Source of the DNA: Fidelibacterota bacterium
GTDB lineage: Bacteria; Fidelibacterota; Fidelibacteria; Fidelibacterales; DSDE01
Assembly: GCA_046735395.1 (NCBI GenBank)
Contig: JBJKQR010000013.1
Coordinates: 1-18,930 of the forward strand
DNA: 18,930 nucleotides
Reading direction: 5' to 3'
A program made the translations under genes and the position numbers. Shown here piece after piece: positions 8,304-15,588 of the stretch. How positions within the stretch are numbered: position 1 is the stretch's first letter; each line of letters opens with the position of its first letter. Below the pieces are notes generated by a model. That model made no database searches and had not been told where the DNA came from. It saw nothing but the letters and a program-made list of their open reading frames with translations.

Positions 8304-9551
8304 TTATTTGTAGAGATAATATTTTTCTGACAATTTCCGGAAACTCTTCACATCCTTATCGAGTGTGGATTTGATATCCTTATAACGATATTTACGGAAG
8401 AATTTTTCACGGATCTTGTCACTGCCGGTGACCTTGTCAAACATGCGGTGGCGTTTTTCGCTCATCTTCTCCAGGTCCTGATCCGGATAGAGTTTGTGAG
8501 CCTGTTCCATGAGCATGAACTGCAGGCCCATCAGGTCAAAGGCATCCTCATCAAAGATGTGAACCTGAACCCCGTGCAGCATTTTCCCTTCCCATTTCCC
8601 GTAATAGGGCTTGAAATTGATGGGACGGAACAGCACGCCGTCCAGGCCCAGGCCGTTCATGGCATCAGCCATATCCTGCGCATCCATCCATTCCGCGGCA
8701 TAAACCTGGAAGGGCAGCGTATAGCCCACACCTTCGCTGATGACACCCAGCTCGCCCATGACTCCCGTTGCCACATAATAGGGCGCAGAATAGGCATGGG
8801 GAATATGGGGTGAAGAGGGAACCCAGGGCAGGCCCGTATCCTCGAATTTCATCGCTCTGGTCCAGCCTTCCATCGGAACAACGGTCAGATTGCACTTGAC
8901 CCCGTCCTTCAGGTAGCCTTCCTCATTTGCGATGGTCGCCACTTCGCCGCTTGTCATGCCATACACATAGGGAATGGGAAAATTGGAGACCATGGAAAAA
9001 AAACCGTCTTCAACAATATTTCCCTCGATCTTCAGGCCGCCGAGAGGATTGGGGCGGTCCAGAACCACAAAGTCCTTGCCGAATTCCGCAGCCGCCTCCA
9101 TGGCTTTGCCCATCGTCGAAATATAAGTATAGCTGCGGCAGCCGATATCCTGAATATCGTAGACCAGGACATCCACATCCTTCAGCATTTCCTCAGTCGG
9201 TTTGGAGGTCTTTCCGTAGAGACTGTAGACGGGAATTCCCGTTTTCTTGTCCGTATAATAATCCACTTTTTCACCGGCGCTGTAATCGCCGCGGACCCCG
9301 TGTTCCGGTCCGTACATGGCTGTCAGCTTCACGCCCGGCGCTTCATTGAGAATATCGATGGTGGATTTCAATTTCGAATCCACACCGGTGGGATTGGTGA
9401 TCAGGCCGACCCGCTTCCCCTGCAGGATATCAAAATTGCGGTCTCTCAGAACCTCTATCCCGGTCTTAACGGCAGGATGTCCGTTGAACCTCGGAAAGGC
9501 CATCGCAGCCGTGATCAGTAAGAGTGCAGATATTTTTACATAATTCTTCAT
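8304..9551 (-). CDS. namZ: Exo-beta-N-acetylmuramidase NamZ family (DUF1343/YbbC, GH171)
   Basis: Signal peptide followed by DUF1343 motifs 'GKRVGLITNPTG', 'GPEHGVRG', 'VYSLYG', 'DIQDIGCRSYTYISTM', 'VLDRPNP', 'WVPSSPHIP' and 'SEGVG'. GAGG SD upstream. Confidence 0.93.
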   Translation of the reverse strand: MKNYVKISALLLITAAMAFPRFNGHPAVKTGIEVLRDRNFDILQGKRVGLITNPTGVDSKLKSTIDILNEAPGVKLTAMYGPEHGVRGDYSAGEKVDYYTDKKTGIPVYSLYGKTSKPTEEMLKDVDVLVYDIQDIGCRSYTYISTMGKAMEAAAEFGKDFVVLDRPNPLGGLKIEGNIVEDGFFSMVSNFPIPYVYGMTSGEVATIANEEGYLKDGVKCNLTVVPMEGWTRAMKFEDTGLPWVPSSPHIPHAYSAPYYVATGVMGELGVISEGVGYTLPFQVYAAEWMDAQDMADAMNGLGLDGVLFRPINFKPYYGKWEGKMLHGVQVHIFDEDAFDLMGLQFMLMEQAHKLYPDQDLEKMSEKRHRMFDKVTGSDKIREKFFRKYRYKDIKSTLDKDVKSFRKLSEKYYLYK

Positions 9552-9561
9552 TTTGATTGCC

Positions 9562-10689
9562 TCAGATTTTAATGATTATATTTTTACGGTACAGAATAAG
9601 CAGGATAAACCAGAAAATGATCACATGGCCGAGGGCAAAGAACAGGGACCCGTTCAGGTCACCGGCCCAGGATTGAAAGACATGCTGGTAAATCCATTTA
9701 TAGCCGGTCATGGTCGTGCCGTCGGGCAGCGTCCATTTGATGATGTAGGCAATGGTCTTGACCCAGACAACACTGAGAGAAAACACGAAAAGCGGATTCG
9801 TTCCGAACACGACGAAGGGCTGAACCAATTTTTTATAGCCCTTCACATCGATGAGCAGGATCATGAAAGCCAGCGTCAGCAGCGCCCAGCCGGCCGTATA
9901 AATGACGAAGGAGGAGGTCCAGATACTCTTGTTGATGGGAAAGAAATTATTCCAGATGAGGCCCACAAACAGAAGCGGAACGGCATACCAGAACATTTCA
10001 TTGACCAGGAGCGCCCGATCCTTTGTCCCGGTGATCAGTTTTCCCGTAAAGTAACCGAAAATCACCGTGACGATGGACGGAAATGTGGAGAGAATGCCTT
10101 CCGGATCAAAGGCCAGGCCGTGTCCATGCCACATATGATTCGCACCCAGGATCACCAGATCGATCTTCCGGGCCAGGTTGGTTTCGATGGCATAGGGATC
10201 ACTGCCGCCGAAGAGGTACATGAGCAGCCAGTACCCGAGGAGAATGCCGACGGCCGTGTATTTCACATGTTTCTCTTTCATATACAGGACAATGAATGAA
10301 GCGCCGCCGTACGCCAGGGCAATTCGGGGAAACACACCCAGAATCCGGAAGTGAGAGAGGCTGTGACCAAAGAATCCGAAATAGGGAAAGAGAGCCAGCA
10401 GCGCGCCGATCACATAGATCAGGATGGTTCTCTTTACCACTTTTTTAATGACTTCAGGATTGGCCTGATGATCATATTTCCCGAAGGAAAACCACATTGC
10501 CACGCCCACGATGAACAGGAAAAAGGGGAAAACCAGATCGGTGGGTGTACAGCCGTTCCAGCTGGCATGTTCAAGCGGTGCATAGATATGCGCCCAGGAA
10601 CCGGGATTATTGACAAGGATCATCATCGCAATCGTCAGGCCTCTGAATGCGTCCAGCGCATAGAGACGTTCACTTTTTTCAATCGTCAT
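9562..10689 (-). CDS. NagX / HGSNAT-like (DUF5009/DUF1624) membrane N-acetyltransferase-family protein
   Basis: Motifs 'RLYALDAFRGLTIAMMILVNNPG', 'HASWNGCTPTDLVFPFFLFIVG', 'RILGV', 'FDPEGILST' and 'PINKSIWTSSFV'. Multiple TM helices. Strong SD (GGGAGG). Confidence 0.9.
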   Translation of the reverse strand: MTIEKSERLYALDAFRGLTIAMMILVNNPGSWAHIYAPLEHASWNGCTPTDLVFPFFLFIVGVAMWFSFGKYDHQANPEVIKKVVKRTILIYVIGALLALFPYFGFFGHSLSHFRILGVFPRIALAYGGASFIVLYMKEKHVKYTAVGILLGYWLLMYLFGGSDPYAIETNLARKIDLVILGANHMWHGHGLAFDPEGILSTFPSIVTVIFGYFTGKLITGTKDRALLVNEMFWYAVPLLFVGLIWNNFFPINKSIWTSSFVIYTAGWALLTLAFMILLIDVKGYKKLVQPFVVFGTNPLFVFSLSVVWVKTIAYIIKWTLPDGTTMTGYKWIYQHVFQSWAGDLNGSLFFALGHVIIFWFILLILYRKNIIIKI

Positions 10690-10879
10690 CGAAGACCTCC
10701 CTTGGTTTTCGCCGTTCGTCTAAAGGCTGCGGCGGCGAAAGGTTTGCTTAGTATTTATTAGTTCTTTATAACTGCGTTCCGGAAAGGCCCCGCCATTCAA
10801 CGCGTTTCGGACACATTGGCCTCCAACGCGATTTGAGCTCACCCGATCACAGCGTTGTAAATCCAGACTGATTACCTCC

Positions 10880-10898
10880 CCGTCCCGGAATGGGACGG
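10880..10898. other. GC-rich hairpin immediately downstream of the ampG-like stop codon
   Basis: CCGTCCC-GGAAT-GGGACGG is a perfect 7-bp stem with a 5-nt loop. There is no U-tract on the minus strand, so it is not a clear intrinsic terminator. Confidence 0.45.
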
Positions 10899-10902
10899 AT
10901 GA

Positions 10903-12753
10903 TTAATTTTCCGTCTTCTTGCCGAATTCCGGATCTATGGGAATGAATTTCAGCATAAGGAAACTGGGAATCGTGGCGATCACCACCCAGACAAAGAAAT
11001 GCCGGTAGCCGATCAGTTCCTGCAGCCAGCCGCTCCACATGCCCGGGATCATCATACCCAGCGCCATAAAGGCCGTCGCGATGGCAAAGTGAGCGGTCTT
11101 GTATTCCCCGTCAGCCATGGCGATCATGTACAGCATGTAGGCCGTGAATCCGAATCCGTATCCGAACTGTTCGATTGCCACCGCCACATTCACCATGAAA
11201 AAATTGTCAGGTAAGGCATAGGACAGATAGATGTACACGGCATCCGGAAGGTTGATAGCCAGCGCCATCCACCATATCCAGTATTTCAGCCCCTGTCGGG
11301 AGGCAAATATTCCACCGAGAATCCCTCCCAGCGTGAGCATGAGAATACCTACAGTCCCGTAGACAAATCCCACCTGTCCGGTGGTCAGTCCCAGGCCTCC
11401 GGCTTCCTGCGCGTCCAGCAGAAAGGGACTGGCCAGTTTGACCAACTGAGATTCACCCAACCGGTACAGAAGCAGAAATGCGATGGATACCCAGACCTTT
11501 TCCTTGGTGAAAAAGAGCTTGAATGTTGTGAAGAATTCGGAAAACAGGGATTTGAGCTCTGCCGTCTCACCCGGTTCTTCCACGCTGGGCAGCGTAAAGC
11601 GATGGTAGAGAAAAAACATGATAAACAGGACCGCGAGAATGATAAATGTAATGGACCAGGACAAGGGAATATTGCCCGCAGTGGCGGCGTAATCGGCGGA
11701 TACCGGAACTTTCAGTTTATTATCCAGCTGAAATACGGCCAGAGCAGGTATGTTCCAGTTCTGATCTGTGAAGACAAAGCGGGTTCCTTCGATGAGCGAA
11801 ATATTTTTGTCCCCGGATCTGCGTCCGAAATTCACGACAATTTCCTTGCCGGGTTCGGGTGCCCCCGACAGATGAAACCGGACAACTCCCAGGTTTCCTG
11901 CCTTTTTCAACCCCTGGACAGGATTCTGATTTTCCCCGAAATGAGTCCTTAGAAACGATTCCAGACCCCGCTTCAGTGAACTTTCATTCTGAACTCTGGC
12001 GCGTTCTTCCTTGGCCAAAACTTTCGGATCTTCCGAATATCCGTTGCGAACATTTTCCGCACGGGCGGCTTTGAGAACGGAGTCTGCCTGTTCAGTGGAC
12101 AGTAGCTGTATGGGGATCTGCAGTGTCGCCGGTTCGGAGAGAATTCTCAGTGATCCGTCTGCGGCATCATCAGATTCTGAAACAGTGGATACCACAACGG
12201 TCTTGGGTGAAACGGCCTGAATCGCGACCGACACATCATTCAGACCCGTACTGCTTTCCAGATAGCCGGCCAGGATGATCAGCAGGCCCTGTCCGGTAAT
12301 CATGGCCAGGCGGTAAAAGGTGCTGCGAATGCCCACAAACCAGGCCTGATCATGTTTGCTGAGGCCGAGCATGTAAAAACCGTCGCAGGCGATGTCATGG
12401 GTCGCGGACGAGAAAGCAAGGAGCCAGAAGAAAGCAAGCGTGACCCTGAAGAAATTGGACAGAGGAATTGTGAGCGCCACCGATCCCAGAGCGGCTCCGA
12501 TGATCAGTTCCATCGTGACAATCCAGAATTTCTTCGTTCTCAGGATATCGACGACAGGACTCCAGAGGGGCTTGATCACCCATGGCAGATACAGCCAGCT
12601 GGTATAGAGGGCAATATCCGTATTGCTGATACCCATGCGCTTGTACATGATCACAGAGACCAGCATTACAACCACATAGGGAATACCTTCGGCGTAATAC
12701 AGCGACGGAACCCAATACCAGGGCGATCTTTTTGTATTCGTTTCACTGCTCAT
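10903..12753 (-). CDS. ampG: AmpG-like MFS muropeptide permease with a large periplasmic insertion
   Basis: Bacteroidota-type AmpG motifs 'WVPSLYYAEGIPY', 'LPWVIKPLWSPVVD', 'SATHDIACDG', 'FLLLYRLGE', 'EQFGYGFG' and 'TAHFAIATAFMALGMM'. I prefer the ATG at 12753 (GGAAGGA SD upstream) over the track's TTG at 12759. Confidence 0.88.
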   Translation of the reverse strand: MSSETNTKRSPWYWVPSLYYAEGIPYVVVMLVSVIMYKRMGISNTDIALYTSWLYLPWVIKPLWSPVVDILRTKKFWIVTMELIIGAALGSVALTIPLSNFFRVTLAFFWLLAFSSATHDIACDGFYMLGLSKHDQAWFVGIRSTFYRLAMITGQGLLIILAGYLESSTGLNDVSVAIQAVSPKTVVVSTVSESDDAADGSLRILSEPATLQIPIQLLSTEQADSVLKAARAENVRNGYSEDPKVLAKEERARVQNESSLKRGLESFLRTHFGENQNPVQGLKKAGNLGVVRFHLSGAPEPGKEIVVNFGRRSGDKNISLIEGTRFVFTDQNWNIPALAVFQLDNKLKVPVSADYAATAGNIPLSWSITFIILAVLFIMFFLYHRFTLPSVEEPGETAELKSLFSEFFTTFKLFFTKEKVWVSIAFLLLYRLGESQLVKLASPFLLDAQEAGGLGLTTGQVGFVYGTVGILMLTLGGILGGIFASRQGLKYWIWWMALAINLPDAVYIYLSYALPDNFFMVNVAVAIEQFGYGFGFTAYMLYMIAMADGEYKTAHFAIATAFMALGMMIPGMWSGWLQELIGYRHFFVWVVIATIPSFLMLKFIPIDPEFGKKTEN

Positions 12754-12872
12754 AGTCAAGTCCTTCCATTTTTATCGCTCAATCCCTGATCCCGATTTCC
12801 TTTTCGGACAGGATCGTCCTTCGCGCTTGATTTTCTGCGACGGCTATGGTTTGCCCGCCACTCCTTTCGTTT

Positions 12873-14180
12873 TCAGTATATTTTCTCCAGATGGCTTCCG
12901 GGATAATAATGAAGTACAATCTCTTCCGAAGAATAGCCGTCCAGGCCCATTCCCAGGCCGCCCATCTGGCAGAGCCCGGAACCATGTCCCCATCCGGCGC
13001 CCCGATAGACAAATCCCGCTGGCTGTCCGCTGACAGGATCCGTCTCCTTTTCAATAATGACAGCACTGCTGAACAGAAAAGACGGATGGAGAAGCCGACG
13101 GGCTTCATAATCCTTGATCACTGTCATTTCCTTTGTATCTCCGCCTTCTGTTTCGTAAGTAATTCCCAATTCCAGCAGCCGGCCGCTGCCGCCACGTTTC
13201 AGGGTTTTTAAATCGACAACTTTCGCAATATCTGGAATCGCCTTGTCCTTCAGATTGGCTCTCAGGTCCTCTTCAGTGATTTTGACCGTCCAGCGGAAAT
13301 ATTCACCGGCTTCATCCACATGTCCCAGATATTTCTTCAGATCCGTCTGCGGGATATGAGTCGGTCCGCAGAAGCAATCCGGTGAGGAGAGAATCCACTC
13401 CCGGGCTTCATCTTCATTTGTCAGATCGCGGATGATGGGTTCAGCACTGTCACTGATGCTTTTCATATAGGGCAGGGGTGTATTTTCCCAGAGATTTTCG
13501 AAGCGTTCCATGATGCCGCCGCAGTTTTTTGAATACCGGGCATCACAGATACTTCCCGCATACATGAGAACCTGTCCCGACGTATCAGCCGCAGCCTTCT
13601 CAGATTCTGCCGAAAGATTATTGATACCCTGATAGCGCTGACAGCAGTCGTCATTGCAGACATCGAAACCCAGGTTCACATGCTTCTGTTCAATATTTGC
13701 CAGCATCCAGGACCGGGCCACGATGGTCTGTGCCTCCAGAAAGGATGGCGGACAGGCGGCGCTCATTTCACTCGTTGCCACACAGGCAAGGTATTTTTCC
13801 AGCGTCAGTTCGTTCACGACCAGCAGATGGCCGTCCGTCACGGAAATTTCTATTTTATCAGGAAGGTTCACGTCAATATGCTTTGCCCAGTGAAAGCCCC
13901 GTCCGGCAATGACGGGCCGGATGAGAAAAGCTTTTTCTGCATGAGCAATAGCCAGGCTCTTCCCGGTGAAAGTGCGCTCTCCCAGGCTGCAGGCCAACCC
14001 GCCGTCACGCATGACCACATTGAGCAGGGAATCCTGCTCCATCGTCAACGTCTGTCCATCCAGCTGTACATGAGAAGCAGCAGGAAGTTCTATGGAAATC
14101 TCATCCTGCCGATCTTCCGGCAACACGATACCCACTCTCAGCAGGGGTTCCTTTGCCGGGATCTTTCCTTTTTCTAACAT
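12873..14180 (-). CDS. SpoIID/LytB-domain protein (putative lytic transglycosylase), no signal peptide
   Basis: Motifs 'LEKYLACVATSEM' (catalytic Glu position), 'EAQTIVARSW', 'FDVCNDDCCQRYQG', 'YSKNCGG', 'GWGHGSGLCQ' and 'HYYPG'. I prefer the ATG at 14180 (AGAGGA SD) over the GTG at 14210. Confidence 0.92.
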   Translation of the reverse strand: MLEKGKIPAKEPLLRVGIVLPEDRQDEISIELPAASHVQLDGQTLTMEQDSLLNVVMRDGGLACSLGERTFTGKSLAIAHAEKAFLIRPVIAGRGFHWAKHIDVNLPDKIEISVTDGHLLVVNELTLEKYLACVATSEMSAACPPSFLEAQTIVARSWMLANIEQKHVNLGFDVCNDDCCQRYQGINNLSAESEKAAADTSGQVLMYAGSICDARYSKNCGGIMERFENLWENTPLPYMKSISDSAEPIIRDLTNEDEAREWILSSPDCFCGPTHIPQTDLKKYLGHVDEAGEYFRWTVKITEEDLRANLKDKAIPDIAKVVDLKTLKRGGSGRLLELGITYETEGGDTKEMTVIKDYEARRLLHPSFLFSSAVIIEKETDPVSGQPAGFVYRGAGWGHGSGLCQMGGLGMGLDGYSSEEIVLHYYPGSHLEKIY

Positions 14181-14203
14181 GCTTAATATCCTCTGAATAA
14201 TAG

Positions 14204-14219
14204 GGGGCACCCTTGCCCC
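14204..14219 (-). other. Short hairpin just upstream of the SpoIID/LytB RBS (possible weak terminator or attenuator)
   Basis: GGGGCA-CCCT-TGCCCC forms a 6-bp stem. On the minus strand it is followed by CTATTATT and then the AGAGGA SD. Confidence 0.3.
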
Positions 14220-14365
14220 GTCTCTTTATGGATTAAATTCCGGATCTTCCCCGGATCGGATATGTCCTGCCGTAGGCCGGGCTTCCTGTGTCTGGTGCTT
14301 GTCTCTTGAAATTTTTCTGAAAACCATTTTCATCTTCGTTTAGATTCCGGTCTCTTCCCGGGCTC

Positions 14366-15553
14366 TCAGGAACGGCTGATCCAGGCATCCACACCAGCGC
14401 CGATGGCCGGCGCTTCACGAAGCCGTGAAAAATGGATCAGTCCGGGAGTAATTCCGCCGCCGCGGAGATAATGATCACGGAAGGAGGCATCGGGATGGGC
14501 GCTGATCAAGTCACCGAGAACCGCCAGTATCGGTTTCCACAGGAAGTCCGTTTTCCGACTGGCCTCCATCAGGTCGCCCAGGCGCTGTCCGATGATAATC
14601 CGGTCCAGCAACTGTCCTCTGAATGCATGATCTTTCGACAGTTCGGCACGGGAAGGATTAACAAAGTCAAAGGGTGAATTCCAGCCCCGGTACAGGGTGT
14701 CCATCCGTTCAAAAAGCAGAGCACCCACGTTCCGGGCCACGGCATCCATACACTGAATGGCAGCCTGATTCCCTTTTTCTGCCAGGGCAAGAATCTGTGG
14801 AGGATATACCGAACCCTCATTCAGGTCCGCAACGGATGTTCCCGATTTCTGACTGTAAATATATTGGATGCCGCTGGCAGAAGCATAGCGTTCCAGCGAC
14901 AGATCATCATCCCCCTTCATTTCCCAAGCCTTGGCAATCCAGGGTTTGAGTTCATCAAAGGGCAGGAGCTTACCGTTCAGTTTCATGGCATCCGCCACGC
15001 CCGTACCTCCGCCGAGATAATAGGCGTTTTCTACATCACTGAACAGCCCTCCTTCGGAATATTCCTCACCCAGTCCGCAATAATCCGCATCCGAACCGAG
15101 GTGGTGAATCGGCGCGGCCAGACTGAGCCCGGCGGCTTCAATTTCCGCCTCAATTCCCGCCGCATATTCTGGCATTCTCGGGCCGTTTGCCAGCGCCACG
15201 ATCCCGCGGCGATCCGGACTCTTCAGGCCCGGCATTCCGATACCGATGAGCGCATGTTTTCCCGCGTGGCGGCCAAGCAGTTCGCGAATCACATCCGCGG
15301 CACATTGGATGTACACCTTCCCCTGCTGCTTCTCCGCATCCGTCAGCGAAATCGTTCCGGACATTTCCTTCAGCTGTATCCCTATCTCCACCGGTCGGTA
15401 TTCCGGATCAAACTGCAGATAATCCCGATAGCTTTTCTGAACATTTTCCGTGCTGATGCTGAAGCGTCCGTTCTTTTCCAGACGATTCACAATCCAGCCG
15501 CTGACCTTGGTGGCTCCGCCGTCTATTCCAATAATGATGGTATCCGAATTCAT
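14366..15553 (-). CDS. Divergent ROK-family sugar kinase (candidate amino-sugar kinase)
   Basis: N-terminal phosphate-1 motif 'IGIDGGATKV', plus 'IGIGMPG', 'SDADYCGLGEEY' (equivalent to NDAN..A.GE), 'YLGGGTGV', 'LERYASASG' and the C-terminal 'APAIGAG'. There is no N-terminal HTH, so it is a kinase rather than a repressor. Confidence 0.82.
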   Translation of the reverse strand: MNSDTIIIGIDGGATKVSGWIVNRLEKNGRFSISTENVQKSYRDYLQFDPEYRPVEIGIQLKEMSGTISLTDAEKQQGKVYIQCAADVIRELLGRHAGKHALIGIGMPGLKSPDRRGIVALANGPRMPEYAAGIEAEIEAAGLSLAAPIHHLGSDADYCGLGEEYSEGGLFSDVENAYYLGGGTGVADAMKLNGKLLPFDELKPWIAKAWEMKGDDDLSLERYASASGIQYIYSQKSGTSVADLNEGSVYPPQILALAEKGNQAAIQCMDAVARNVGALLFERMDTLYRGWNSPFDFVNPSRAELSKDHAFRGQLLDRIIIGQRLGDLMEASRKTDFLWKPILAVLGDLISAHPDASFRDHYLRGGGITPGLIHFSRLREAPAIGAGVDAWISRS

Positions 15554-15588
15554 ATTATTTCCGCGTATTCCCTGTATTTATCATATTC

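Noticed and set aside
10720..10879. Open frame downstream of the orphan GGAGGT on the minus strand (possible small protein)
   Set aside because: There is no ATG, GTG or TTG at a suitable distance from the SD-like site, and the translation is not recognisable.
15555..15584. 9-codon mini-ORF MINTGNTRK between GT2 and the ROK kinase
   Set aside because: It could relay translational coupling, but it is too short to distinguish from chance.
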